Under the pieces are notes generated by a model. That model saw only the letters and a program-made list of their open reading frames with translations. It made no database searches and was not told where the DNA came from. A DNA stretch of 64,000 bases from Chloroflexota bacterium (GTDB lineage Bacteria; Chloroflexota; Anaerolineae; J102). The DNA lies in the NCBI GenBank assembly GCA_013151415.1, contig JAADII010000080.1, positions 2,115-66,114 of the forward strand, given 5' to 3'. Position 1 is the first letter of the stretch, and the number at the start of each line of letters is the position of its first letter. Below are positions 1-10,034 of this stretch, piece by piece. A program made the position numbers and the translations under genes.

Positions 1-1163
1 ATTGCGCGATCATGTATCGCACCAACGCGCAGTCGCGCGCGGTGGAGGAGGCTTTTCTGCGCCGCGGGGTTCCCTATCGGCTGGTGGGCGCGATCCGTTT
101 CTACAGCCGCAAAGAGATCAAGGACGTGATGGCCTACATGCGGCTGGTGCGCAACCCGGACGACGACGTGAGCATGAGACGCATCATCAACACGCCCCCG
201 CGACGCATCGGCGCAACCACGATCAATCGCCTGGGCGCGTGGGCCGCGTCGCTGGACGTCAGCCACTTTCAGGCCTTGCGCATTTTGGGCGGCGACGCGG
301 AGCCGGAACTGGCCCAACGCGCGGCCGCGCACCCCTTTTCCAAGCGCGTGCTCTCCAATTTACTCAATTTTTATGTCCAGTTACTGGAATGGATGGACTT
401 GCGCAGGCAGCTCACCCCCGCGCAGCTCATGGACCGCATCCTGGAGGAATCGGGCTACCGCGAGTGGCTGCGCGATGGAAGCGAGGAGGGCGAGGATCGT
501 TGGGCCAACGTCATGGAACTGCGCAATGTGGCCACCGTTTATGATGAACTTCCCCTCGAATTGGCGCTGGATGCGTTCCTGGAAGAGGTGGCTTTGGTCA
601 GCGACGTGGACAACTACGAACCCGATCCCAACGCGCCCACCCTACTCACCCTGCACGCGGCCAAGGGACTGGAGTTTCCGGTGGTGTTCATCGTGGGCAT
701 GGAGGAGGGCTTGTTGCCCCACTCGCGCTCGCTGGAAGATGAGGAGGGCCTGGAAGAAGAACGGCGCCTGGCCTATGTGGGCGTGACGCGGGCCAAAGAC
801 CGGCTTTACCTGCTCCACGCGTTCCGCCGCGCGCAATGGGGCGGCGCGGATGTGGGCGTCCCCTCCCGTTTTCTCAAGGACATTCCCCGAAACGTGGTGG
901 GGAGTCAGGCGCAGATCCGCGACGCGCGGCGTCGGGCCGCCACATGGGGGTCGGATCGACGCCGACGAACGCCCGCGCAACGTTATGGCGCTCAACTTCA
1001 GTTCCATCCCGGCCAGAGCGTGCGCCATCCCAAATTCGGCGAGGGCATGGTCATCACCTCGAAGCTGGTGAACGGCGACGAAGAGGTCTCGGTCGCGTTC
1101 CCCGGCAAAGGCGTCAAGCGGCTGCTGGCCTCGTTTGCGAATCTTGAGGCGGCCGACGGATAA
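1..1163 (+). CDS. ATP-dependent DNA helicase, UvrD/PcrA family; C-terminal fragment, 5' end cut by the window edge
   Basis: The ORF is open from the window start and its frame continues upstream. The C-terminal helicase region carries 'TLHAAKGLEFPVVFIVGMEEG' and 'RRLAYVGVTRAKDRLYL', which match UvrD/PcrA motif VI and the C-terminal domain. Confidence 0.8.
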   Translation, partial: CAIMYRTNAQSRAVEEAFLRRGVPYRLVGAIRFYSRKEIKDVMAYMRLVRNPDDDVSMRRIINTPPRRIGATTINRLGAWAASLDVSHFQALRILGGDAEPELAQRAAAHPFSKRVLSNLLNFYVQLLEWMDLRRQLTPAQLMDRILEESGYREWLRDGSEEGEDRWANVMELRNVATVYDELPLELALDAFLEEVALVSDVDNYEPDPNAPTLLTLHAAKGLEFPVVFIVGMEEGLLPHSRSLEDEEGLEEERRLAYVGVTRAKDRLYLLHAFRRAQWGGADVGVPSRFLKDIPRNVVGSQAQIRDARRRAATWGSDRRRRTPAQRYGAQLQFHPGQSVRHPKFGEGMVITSKLVNGDEEVSVAFPGKGVKRLLASFANLEAADG

Positions 1164-1417
1164 GACGAACCACAGAACACGGATGCCGGAACAGCGTCAA
1201 GAGCCTTTATGGGCCGACGCATGTTCGAGAAGTTGTCCGAACCGCATGTTTCCGGCTAAAATATCGCTAATGTCGTCACGAAAAGTCCTATAAGAGGCGA
1301 ATTTTTACGAATTTCTGCGCTTTTTTCTTCGTAGCATTCTGTGTAAATTCGCGTCAAGAAAACGCCGACGCTCGGCGAAAAGGGCAATCTCTTCCATGAA
1401 TCATCGAGGCAATTCCT

Positions 1418-2581
1418 ATGACTCGTCCCCTTCTCATGATCCCAGGCCCTATCGAATTCACCGACGAGGTGATGATGGAGATGGGCCGCCCCACGTATAG
1501 TCATGTCGATCCCGCGTTCATCGCCATTTTTTCGCAGGCGTTGCGCGATCTGCGGGCCGTTTTCCTGGCCGACGACGACCATCAACCCTTCATCCTGGCC
1601 GGTTCCGGCACCCTGGCCATGGATAGCGCCGCGGCCAACCTGGTGGAGCCGGGTGACCGCGTGTTGGTGGTGAACACGGGTTATTTCAGCCTGCGCATGG
1701 CCGATATCTGCCGGCGATATGGCGCGCAGGTGGATGCCATCGACGCCGCGCCCGGCGAAACTGTGAGCGCCGACCAGGTGGCCGCGGCCTTGCAACAAGG
1801 CGACTACGCCATTGTCACCATCACCCATGTAGACACCTCCACAGGCGTGCTGACCGACGTCAAAGGCATGGCCCGCGCCGCGAAAGAGGCCGGCGCGCTG
1901 ACCATCGTCGATGGCGTGTGCGCGGCTGCGGCCGAAGAGATGCGCCAGAGCGAATGGGGCGTGGACGTCTATCTCACGGCCTCGCAAAAGGCCATCGGCG
2001 TTCCGCCCGGGCTGGCCTTGCTGGTGGCGTCGCCGGCCGCGATGGAAAAATGGCGCGGGCGCTCGACCCCGGTGGGAAGCTACTACGCGGACTGGAATCA
2101 GTGGCTGCCCATCATGGAAGCCTACGAAGGTCGCCGCGCGGCTTATTTCGCGACCCCGGCCGTCAATCTGGTCATGGCCCTGGCCGTAAGCCTGCGCCAA
2201 ATCCTGGACGAAGGCATGGACGCGGTGTTCGCCCGCCATCGTGGCCTGAGCGATGCAGTCAAGGCCGGGATCCAGGCCCTGGGTTTGGCGCAGGTTCCCT
2301 CGGCCTATGAACACGCGGCCCACACCCTCACCTGCCCCCGCTATCCGGACGGGGTGGACGCCTCGTTCCTGGCTCATGTGCGAGCGCATGGCGCCATCCT
2401 GGCCGGAGGACTTTATCCCAGCATCAAGAGCGAGTATTTCCGCATCGGCCACATGGGCGCGGTCGGCCGCGGCGATGTTCTGGCCACCTTGGGCGCGGTC
2501 GAGGCCGGATTGCGCGCGGCCGGATACGCAATCGAACCGGGCGTCGCTCTGGCCGCGGCCCAGGCTGTTATGGACGCATGA
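1418..2581 (+). CDS. class V aminotransferase (alanine-glyoxylate / serine-pyruvate aminotransferase family, PLP-dependent)
   Basis: 387 aa. N-terminal '[14 protein letters not shown]' is typical of AGXT-like class V aminotransferases. A GAGG Shine-Dalgarno sequence precedes the ATG. Confidence 0.8.
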   Translation: MTRPLLMIPGPIEFTDEVMMEMGRPTYSHVDPAFIAIFSQALRDLRAVFLADDDHQPFILAGSGTLAMDSAAANLVEPGDRVLVVNTGYFSLRMADICRRYGAQVDAIDAAPGETVSADQVAAALQQGDYAIVTITHVDTSTGVLTDVKGMARAAKEAGALTIVDGVCAAAAEEMRQSEWGVDVYLTASQKAIGVPPGLALLVASPAAMEKWRGRSTPVGSYYADWNQWLPIMEAYEGRRAAYFATPAVNLVMALAVSLRQILDEGMDAVFARHRGLSDAVKAGIQALGLAQVPSAYEHAAHTLTCPRYPDGVDASFLAHVRAHGAILAGGLYPSIKSEYFRIGHMGAVGRGDVLATLGAVEAGLRAAGYAIEPGVALAAAQAVMDA

Positions 2582-3543
2582 ACATGATCGACCCAACCCT
2601 ACCCCTCATGGACCTGCACCGCCATCTCGATGGCTCGGTGCGGCTGGAAACCATCCTCGACCTCGGACTCAAGCACAATCTACCCCTGCCCGCGCGCGAT
2701 CTCGAAGGCTTGCGGCCCTATGTGCAGGTCACCGAACCGCAGCCGGGCGTCATGGCCTTCATCGCCAAGTTCGAATGGATGATCGGCGTGTTGGTGGACT
2801 ACGACGCGGTGCGTCGCATCGCCTATGAAAATGTGGAGGACGCCAAGCGCGAGGGCATCGACTACATCGAGTTGCGATTTAGCCCCTGGTTCATGTCCGA
2901 GCCACACGGGTTGGACCCGGCCGGGGTGGTGGAGGCCGTGGCCGATGGCGTCGAATCCGCCGCGCGCGATACGGGCGTGCGCGTGAATCTCATCGGCATT
3001 CTCAGCCGCCATTACGGGCCAGACATCGCCTGGAAGGAGCTGGACGCGCTGCTGCAACACCGCGACCGCTTCGTGGCCCTGGACCTGGCCGGGGACGAGG
3101 CGAACTGGCCGGGCGAGCTGTTCGTCGAGCATTTCAAGCGCGCTCGCGACGCGGGATGGCGCATCACTGTGCATGCAGGCGAGGCCGCGGGGCCGGAAAG
3201 CGTGTGGCAGGCGATACGCGAATTGGGCGCAGAGCGCATTGGTCACGCGGTGCGCGCGAGCGAGGACCCGGCTCTGCTCGATTACATGGCCGAACGCGGC
3301 ATCGGCATCGAGGCCAACCTCACCAGTAATGTGCAGACCTCCACCGTGCCCGATTACCCTTCCCACCCCCTCAAATCCTGGCTCGAACGCGGGATTCTGG
3401 CCACCATCAATTCCGACGATCCCGGCATCAGCGCCATCGACCTGCCCTATGAATACAATGTGGCCGCGCCGGCCGCGGGCTTAACCCCCGAGCAGATTCG
3501 TCAGGCCCAGGCCAACGCGGCCCAGATCGCGTTTATGACATAA
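2578..3543 (+). CDS. add: adenosine deaminase
   Basis: 321 aa. N-terminal metal-binding 'LHRHLDGS' motif, plus 'HAGE' and 'SDDP' signatures. ATGA overlap with the upstream gene. Confidence 0.85.
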   Translation: MNMIDPTLPLMDLHRHLDGSVRLETILDLGLKHNLPLPARDLEGLRPYVQVTEPQPGVMAFIAKFEWMIGVLVDYDAVRRIAYENVEDAKREGIDYIELRFSPWFMSEPHGLDPAGVVEAVADGVESAARDTGVRVNLIGILSRHYGPDIAWKELDALLQHRDRFVALDLAGDEANWPGELFVEHFKRARDAGWRITVHAGEAAGPESVWQAIRELGAERIGHAVRASEDPALLDYMAERGIGIEANLTSNVQTSTVPDYPSHPLKSWLERGILATINSDDPGISAIDLPYEYNVAAPAAGLTPEQIRQAQANAAQIAFMT

Positions 3544-3616
3544 ATGCCGCGAGAAGAGAGCGTGTTTGGCGCGCTTTACAGGCGTCGCCGCGACCGTCCT
3601 CCCATATCGATGAAAA

Positions 3617-3683
3617 CCTCTCGCCAAGCCGCCAAGAGCGTTAATATTTTTTTCCTTTACGTTCTTTGCGCCTTGGCGAGAGG
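3617..3683. repeat. 12-bp perfect inverted repeat with a 43-nt AT-rich loop between convergent add and ilvE
   Basis: 'cctctcgccaag' at 3617-3628 pairs with 'cttggcgagagg' at 3672-3683. The loop contains 'ttaatatttttttcctttacg'. Confidence 0.6.
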
Positions 3684-3751
3684 CTTATCTTCAGAGCGGT
3701 GCGCGGTGAACTATTCGCTATGAACGCGCAAGTTTTATCGTCGGCTCTTCG

Positions 3752-4672
3752 TTACGTTTTGGGAACAGGCGTTAGCCAACGCCTGTATTTCGGCTCTTGG
3801 CCGCGCACGATGCGGAAATAAAGATCGCGAATTCGCCGGGTGATCGGACCAATACGACCCTCTCCAACGGGGCGATGATCCACTGAGGCGATGGCCACAA
3901 TCTGCACGCCCGTGCCGCAGAAGAAAGCCTCGTCCGCCACATACAGCTCGCTGCGGTCAATGGGGCGCTCTTCCACCTCGACATTCATCTCTTCTTGGGC
4001 CAGGTGCATGATGGTGCGACGGGTGATCCCTTCCAGAATGTTGCTATACACAGGCGTGGTGATGAGTCGCCCCTCGCGCACGATAAAAAGATTTTCCGCG
4101 CTGCCCTCAGCCACCTGACCGTTTTGATTGAGAACAATGCCCTCGTCGAAACCGTTGAGCATGGCTTCGGTCTTGATCAGCGCGCTATTGATGTAGCTTC
4201 CGGTGAGCTTGCCGCGCGCGGGGATGGCGGTGTCGTCCACCCGTCGCCAACTGCTGGTGCAGACTTTCGCGCCTTCTTCATCTTGAATGTATTTGCCAAA
4301 AGGCAGCGTGAAAATGGCCACCGCATCGCGCAGGTCATGAATGCGGATGCCGATGGCCGTATCCGCTTTGTAAAGCAAGGGCCGAATGTAGCAATCCTGT
4401 CGCCATCCCTCCAACTTGAGCAACTCCACCGTGATCTCGACCAACTGCTCGGGCGTGTAATCCATTTGGGCCAACAGATATTTTCCACTTTGGATAAAGC
4501 GGCGGTAATGGTCCAGCATACGGAACACATAGAGTTGCTCCTGCTCCTCGTTCCAATAACCGCGAATGCCCGCGAACGCGCCTGTTCCGTAATTGAGCGC
4601 GTGGGTCATGATAGAGACTTTGGCCTCCTCGATGGGGACGATTTCGCCCTCGAAAAACGCATATTTCGTCAT
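3752..4672 (-). CDS. ilvE: branched-chain amino acid aminotransferase
   Basis: 306 aa with class IV aminotransferase features: 'YGTGAFAGIRGYW' and 'LNGFDEGIVLN'. Confidence 0.85.
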   Translation of the reverse strand: MTKYAFFEGEIVPIEEAKVSIMTHALNYGTGAFAGIRGYWNEEQEQLYVFRMLDHYRRFIQSGKYLLAQMDYTPEQLVEITVELLKLEGWRQDCYIRPLLYKADTAIGIRIHDLRDAVAIFTLPFGKYIQDEEGAKVCTSSWRRVDDTAIPARGKLTGSYINSALIKTEAMLNGFDEGIVLNQNGQVAEGSAENLFIVREGRLITTPVYSNILEGITRRTIMHLAQEEMNVEVEERPIDRSELYVADEAFFCGTGVQIVAIASVDHRPVGEGRIGPITRRIRDLYFRIVRGQEPKYRRWLTPVPKT

Positions 4673-4791
4673 GAGATTCCTGCTCCAAACGCATTAGAGA
4701 GATCAGATGCCAAAGATAACATAACGAAAAACAGGCGTCGCCCATGATGAGCGACGCCTGTGTCTGCACGAAAATGTGATCGTCGGAGGAC

Positions 4792-6633
4792 TTAGAGGAT
4801 GCCCAACTCCTTGAGCTTGCTTTCGGGAACCACGCCATTCTCCCAGCCGCGAGCCGCGTAGTATTCTTCCAACATGGGTTCGAGCTCGCACACCTGGCCT
4901 TCAGAGCCGGGCACATCGCTGGGCTCTTCCAGGAAACGCTTGGGTAGATAATCACTGCCTTCGCGGAAACCGGCCAGATTGTTGTAGTAGCGCTCCAGGT
5001 TATAAATGCGCTCGCCGGCCTGCATCAGCTCCTCACTGCTCAGATTCGCGCCCGTGAAGGTGTTGTATTGAGCCAGATACTCATCCATACCCTCGGCGAA
5101 AGCGCTAAACTTGCAGATGTCGAAGCTGTCGGAGACGGCGTGGACATTTTGGAATATGGCGGTCAATTCGCCTTTGCCCTTCCACTCCAGCGGATCCACT
5201 TTGAGCGAACCAAATGGCATGACGCCCAACTCGGCCGCGGGCGTGTACGCGCGCAAGTGGCACGCCCCGCGGTTGCTGGTGGCGTAAGCGATGCCCATGC
5301 CCTTGAGCCCGCGCGGGTCGTAGGCGGGAATGGCCTGGCCTTTCACGGTCATGCCGATCTCAGGATGACCAAACGCTTTGGCCGCTCGCGCGGTGCCCTT
5401 GCCCAAGGTGCGCGCCAGATCGTCCTTGGCGTAGGCGATGCGTTCGATCATGTCGATCTGGCCGTCCGCGTCACCCCAGTTCAGGCCGTCCTGGATGTAG
5501 CCCTTCTCGGTGGCCTCCATGCACGCGCCCAGCACATTGCCAAGCTCGATGGTGTCCATGCCATACTGGTTGGCCTGATCGATCATGTAAGCCACGGCCT
5601 CTTTGTTGTCGGTGCCGCAGTTCGCGCCCAAAGCCCAGATGGACTCGTACTCCACGCTTTCCATATGCACCTTGTACTTGCCCTCTTTCACCTCGACCTC
5701 GATCTTGCAGGCCACTGGGCAGGCGTGGCAGGTGGGATCGCCCACCAGAATCTCCTCGCGCACCCGTTCGCCCGAAATGTGCTCATATAGCTCCTCGCCA
5801 TTGGAGCGGAACGAGGCCTTCTTCGAGTTCCAGGCGGGCAGCGCGCCCATGCTGCCGGTGATGTTCATGAGCACGTTGGTGCCAAACACACTGAGACCGC
5901 CCTTACGCGGCGCGGTGATGTTCTCTTCGGCCATGATCGCGGCCAATGCTGTCTTATCGGCCTCCTTGAATGCATCGCGATCGGCCGGTTTGGGCTGATC
6001 GTCTTTATCGCCGATGAACACGATGGCCTTCAGGTTCTTGCTGGCGCCCACTGTGCCGGTGCCGCCGCGACCGCAAGCGCGATCGTCTTTGTTGATCCAG
6101 CTCGCGAAAAGCACGCCATTTTCGGCCGCGGGTCCCACTGCCATCACATCGACATAACGACCCGGATGACGCTCCAACAGCGTCTTATGCACTTCGTGCG
6201 TCGTCTTTCCCCACAGATCGCTGGCGTCTTGGATGCTGACCTTGCCCTTCTCACAGACGAGATAGACTGGATTTTCAGCCTTTCCTTTGATGAGCAGCGC
6301 ATCAAAACCTGACCATTTCATATATGCTGCGGTCCAACCGCCCATATGACTATCGGTCACGGTTCCGGTGAGCGGGCTTTTGGTCACTGCGCATAAGCGA
6401 CCGCTCATCTTCACCTCGGTTCCGGTCAAAGGTCCGGTCATGATGGCCAGCAAATTATCGGGAGAGAGGGGATCCACATCCGGCCCATTGTCAAACACAT
6501 ACTTGACCCCCAGACCGCGACCGCCCAGATATTTCCGAGCGTCTTCGTCATTGATGTCCTCGTAGGTCACAGTCCCGCTGGTCAGATCGATGCGAGCAAC
6601 GTTGTTGACGAAACCCTTGAGATCTGTTGCCAT
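4792..6633 (-). CDS. aor: aldehyde:ferredoxin oxidoreductase (tungsten-containing AOR family)
   Basis: 613 aa from 'MATDLKGFVNNVARIDLTSG'. Homology runs through the AOR N-terminal and C-terminal domains. GGAGG lies 6 nt upstream of this ATG. The track ORF is extended 28 codons further upstream. Confidence 0.85.
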   Translation of the reverse strand: MATDLKGFVNNVARIDLTSGTVTYEDINDEDARKYLGGRGLGVKYVFDNGPDVDPLSPDNLLAIMTGPLTGTEVKMSGRLCAVTKSPLTGTVTDSHMGGWTAAYMKWSGFDALLIKGKAENPVYLVCEKGKVSIQDASDLWGKTTHEVHKTLLERHPGRYVDVMAVGPAAENGVLFASWINKDDRACGRGGTGTVGASKNLKAIVFIGDKDDQPKPADRDAFKEADKTALAAIMAEENITAPRKGGLSVFGTNVLMNITGSMGALPAWNSKKASFRSNGEELYEHISGERVREEILVGDPTCHACPVACKIEVEVKEGKYKVHMESVEYESIWALGANCGTDNKEAVAYMIDQANQYGMDTIELGNVLGACMEATEKGYIQDGLNWGDADGQIDMIERIAYAKDDLARTLGKGTARAAKAFGHPEIGMTVKGQAIPAYDPRGLKGMGIAYATSNRGACHLRAYTPAAELGVMPFGSLKVDPLEWKGKGELTAIFQNVHAVSDSFDICKFSAFAEGMDEYLAQYNTFTGANLSSEELMQAGERIYNLERYYNNLAGFREGSDYLPKRFLEEPSDVPGSEGQVCELEPMLEEYYAARGWENGVVPESKLKELGIL

Positions 6634-6705
6634 AATTTGCCTCCGTTGGCGAAAGAGAGCCTTCATCGAGGAAGGCGAGGACAAGAAAATACGACTCAAT
6701 TGAGA

Positions 6706-6746
6706 ACAGAAAAACAAAAAACGCTATGCCTTCATGACATAGCGTT
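6706..6746 (-). terminator. intrinsic-terminator-like hairpin plus U-tract in the 5' leader of aor (candidate attenuator or riboswitch expression platform)
   Basis: On the minus strand, a 9-bp perfect stem 'aacgcuaug/cauagcguu' is followed by 'UUUUUGUUUU'. It lies about 75 nt upstream of the aor ATG, and no upstream same-strand gene needs terminating. Confidence 0.5.
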
Positions 6747-7051
6747 CGGCTCACCAAAAACGGCCCCGCTGCAAACAGCCTTTGGGCAAGTGGATGTCAA
6801 ACAACGCCCGCATTGCGGGTCTACTTGCAATCGAAAATCCATGTACACCAAAACCAGAGCATAACTTTTTCCGAACGAACTTTATTTTACTCTCTTTACT
6901 CTCGCCTGTCAAACAGACGAAAAGCCATCCGCCAGGATTCTTCGTCATTGGCAGGATATGATACCATAACTTGGCTCTGCGATGTCTCTCGCGTGCTCTT
7001 CTCGCCACTGGTTTGAGGCCGACTCCACCTGATATCTGGAAAGATCCCACC

Positions 7052-8860
7052 ATGACACCCGCTATCCATCCTCTCAAACGCCTTTGGCGTTATGCTCGCG
7101 ACCACCGCGGCGATGCGCTCCTTGCTTCGGTCTACTCCATTCTCAACAAGCTCTTCGATCTGGCTCCGCCGTTGCTCATCGGCATGGCCGTGGATATTGT
7201 GGTGCGACGAGAACAATCCTTTTTAGCCGAATGGGGTCTGGTGGACGTGCGACTGCAATTGCTGGCTCTGGCCGCGCTCACGCTCATCATCTGGGGCCTG
7301 GAATCGGTGTTCGAATATGCATTTTCGGTGAAATGGCGCAACTTGGCCCAGGATATCGAACACGAATTGCGCACCGACGCCTATGATCACGTTCAGGGCC
7401 AGGACCTGGCCTTTTTCGAAGATCGCAGCACGGGCGGCCTGATGGCGGTGCTCAACGACGACATCAACCAGTTGGAGCGCTTCCTCGATGTGGGGGCCAA
7501 CGACATCATCCAACTGGCCACGACCATGCTGGTGGTGGGCGGCGCGTTCGTGATCATGGTTCCATCCATCGCCTGGATGGTGCTCATTCCCATGCCCATC
7601 ATTATCTTTGGCTCGTTGCGATTTCAGCGCTTGCTCGCGCCACGCTACGCGGCCGTGCGCGAACGGGTGGGCCTGCTCAATGCGCAGCTCTCCAATAATC
7701 TCAGTGGCATCGCCACTATCAAGAGCTTCACCGCGGAAAAACACGAGTCCTCGCGCATCGCTGAGGAGAGTGCGGCCTATCGCGACGCGAATCGTCGCAC
7801 CATCAAGGTGAGCGCGGCGTTCGTGCCCCTTATTCGTATGGTGATCGTGCTCGGTTTTGTGGGCATTCTCGTATTCGGCGGGTTCCTGGTCTTGAACGAC
7901 GAGTTGAACGTAGGCGCGTACAGCGTATTGGTCTTTCTCACCCAGCGCTTGCTATGGCCCCTGACGCGATTGGGCCAGACATTCGATCTCTATCAACGCG
8001 GCATGGCTTCCATCAACCGCATCTTCGATCTGCTCGACCTTAGCCCCAGTATTGAGGATGGTCATCGGCCACTACCGGTGGAGCGCGTGCGCGGCGAGGT
8101 GACGTTCGAGCGCGTCAGCTTCGAGTATGGCGCGGGTGATGGCAATGGCCAGACTCCACGCGCCCATGTCCTCCACGACCTCAGCTTGCACATTCCCGCA
8201 GGCGAAACTGCGGCCTTGGTTGGCGCGACCGGGGCGGGAAAGAGCACAGTGGTCAAGCTATTGCTGCGATTTTACGATGTGCGTAGCGGTCGCGTGCTGC
8301 TGGATGGATATGACGTCCGCGAACTGCGCATCGAAGACCTTCGCCGCGCCATTGGCTTCGTCAGTCAGGATGTTTTCCTTTTCCACGGCACAGTGCGCGA
8401 AAACATCGCCTATGGAACGTTCGACGCGACTGACGAACAGATCGTCGAGGCGGCTCGCATTGCCGAGGCCCATGATTTCATCATGGCTTTGCCTCATGGC
8501 TACGACACCATCGTGGGAGAACGCGGTCAGAAACTTTCGGGGGGCCAGCGCCAGCGCATCTCCATCGCTCGCGCGGTTTTGAAAGACCCGCCCGTCCTTA
8601 TATTGGACGAGGCCACTTCCTCGGTGGACAACGAGACCGAGGCTGCGATACAGCGTTCGCTGGCGCGCATCGCGGTGGGGCGCACCACCATCATCATCGC
8701 CCATCGCCTTTCCACCGTGCGCCATGCGCACCGCATCTTTGTGCTAGACCAGGGACGGCTATGCGAGCAGGGAACCCACGAGGAACTGGTGGCCGCGGGC
8801 GGCGTATACGCCGCGTTATGGCGGGTGCAGACAGGTGAGGCCGTTCCCATCCCCTCCTGA
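7052..8860 (+). CDS. ABC transporter fused permease/ATP-binding protein (MsbA/ABCB-type exporter)
   Basis: A six-TM N-terminal domain followed by an NBD with Walker A 'GATGAGKST', signature 'LSGGQRQR' and Walker B 'ILILDEATS'. The start was trimmed to '[15 protein letters not shown]'. Confidence 0.85.
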   Translation: MTPAIHPLKRLWRYARDHRGDALLASVYSILNKLFDLAPPLLIGMAVDIVVRREQSFLAEWGLVDVRLQLLALAALTLIIWGLESVFEYAFSVKWRNLAQDIEHELRTDAYDHVQGQDLAFFEDRSTGGLMAVLNDDINQLERFLDVGANDIIQLATTMLVVGGAFVIMVPSIAWMVLIPMPIIIFGSLRFQRLLAPRYAAVRERVGLLNAQLSNNLSGIATIKSFTAEKHESSRIAEESAAYRDANRRTIKVSAAFVPLIRMVIVLGFVGILVFGGFLVLNDELNVGAYSVLVFLTQRLLWPLTRLGQTFDLYQRGMASINRIFDLLDLSPSIEDGHRPLPVERVRGEVTFERVSFEYGAGDGNGQTPRAHVLHDLSLHIPAGETAALVGATGAGKSTVVKLLLRFYDVRSGRVLLDGYDVRELRIEDLRRAIGFVSQDVFLFHGTVRENIAYGTFDATDEQIVEAARIAEAHDFIMALPHGYDTIVGERGQKLSGGQRQRISIARAVLKDPPVLILDEATSSVDNETEAAIQRSLARIAVGRTTIIIAHRLSTVRHAHRIFVLDQGRLCEQGTHEELVAAGGVYAALWRVQTGEAVPIPS

Positions 8861-8868
8861 ATCGAGAG

Positions 8869-9969
8869 CTAATCCAGCGCAGCGCTTCTCTCCACATCGG
8901 GAATTTCGAGCACAAAATCCGCGCCAAAGGCCAGAGCAGGGGTGATGGCTCCGACCGGAGGCTGAGCCAGGATTCTCTCCACGCAACGCACTCCGGCCAA
9001 GGCCGTGAAACGGTAACCTTGTGGAGTGACCAACCAGGCTTCAGATTCACTCTGCGGGCCTGCCGCCCGCGCCCAAATATATGTGCGGCCTCGCTGCAAT
9101 TGCGTTTCATTCGGCCCGCGCACGAGCCGGTCGATGAGCGCGTGGACCATACGGCGGGCCGAACGAGACGCAAACAAAGTGGGAAGCAGACCGCCCACAC
9201 GGCGAATCCAACGGATCATGGACGAGGGGAAGGCCATGTAAGTGGTGATGTTGGGGATGCCGGTGGTTCGGAAGGCCGTGGCGAGATCACCCCAAGGAAT
9301 GGCAATCACCGTGCGTTCGCGATCCATAAAACGCACGCGACGTTGGCCCCAACCAAAGGGAATTGGTTGATAACGACCTTGTCGCCGCACAACATTGCCT
9401 TTGTGTAGGCCCTTGAGCATGGTGTGCGCGGTGCCGGCGCTGGTTGAGCCGCCCACGCTTGCCAGCGCCAGTTCGAGTTCGGTGGCGTCAGGCGCGCGTT
9501 GGGCCACAAAACGGGCCAAACAATCGGTGGGAATCACATCCAAGCCCACACCGGGTAAGAGCGCGATGCCGGCATCGCGCGCGGCCTGGTTTAGCGTAAA
9601 CGCTTGCTCGAAGACTGGTATCTCGCCCGTGATATCAAGATAGTGTGTGCGAGAAGCTATACAAGCTCGCATCATAGGCGGCGCCGTGAAAACGAACGGC
9701 CCGGCCGCGTGCAAAACGAGATCGAATTCAGCTATGGCCGCGGCCAATGCGCGCTCATCCTCCAAGCCAAAAACGCGATAATCCAACCCCAAGCGCTCGG
9801 CCAAAGCGCCCAAGCGGGCCTCTGACCGACCCGCCAACAAAGGTCGATGCCCGCGTCGCAGCGCCTCTTCGGCCAACAACCGTCCGGTATAACCATACGC
9901 GCCGTACAGCAACCAGGCGCCTGTGGCGCGGCGACGTTGAGCGCGCGCCGCTTGGTCTCTGGGGCTCAT
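8869..9969 (-). CDS. saccharopine dehydrogenase-like NAD(P)-binding oxidoreductase
   Basis: 366 aa. Rossmann 'LLYGAYGYTGRL' at the N-terminus, characteristic of the Sacchrp_dh_NADP family. Confidence 0.7.
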   Translation of the reverse strand: MSPRDQAARAQRRRATGAWLLYGAYGYTGRLLAEEALRRGHRPLLAGRSEARLGALAERLGLDYRVFGLEDERALAAAIAEFDLVLHAAGPFVFTAPPMMRACIASRTHYLDITGEIPVFEQAFTLNQAARDAGIALLPGVGLDVIPTDCLARFVAQRAPDATELELALASVGGSTSAGTAHTMLKGLHKGNVVRRQGRYQPIPFGWGQRRVRFMDRERTVIAIPWGDLATAFRTTGIPNITTYMAFPSSMIRWIRRVGGLLPTLFASRSARRMVHALIDRLVRGPNETQLQRGRTYIWARAAGPQSESEAWLVTPQGYRFTALAGVRCVERILAQPPVGAITPALAFGADFVLEIPDVERSAALD

Positions 9970-10034
9970 GACAGGCTCACTCCCATGTTGTCAATCATGC
10001 CTCTGACGCGTAATGGAATCGGCTCTCTTTCCAG

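Noticed and set aside
1256-2596. 446-aa minus-strand ORF
   Set aside because: It is an antisense shadow of the class V aminotransferase gene, with Arg/Gly/Ala-rich low-complexity translation typical of high-GC reverse frames. It has no RBS or homology signal.
6634-6717. 28-codon N-terminal extension of the aor ORF (MFFCSQLSRIFLSSPSSMKALFRQRRQI)
   Set aside because: The internal ATG at 6633 has a GGAGG Shine-Dalgarno sequence and matches AOR N-termini. The extension runs into the leader and terminator hairpin.
6971-7051. 27-codon extension of the ABC exporter ORF
   Set aside because: The ABC exporter N-terminal region begins at '[15 protein letters not shown]' (7052). The upstream part overlaps the divergent promoter region.
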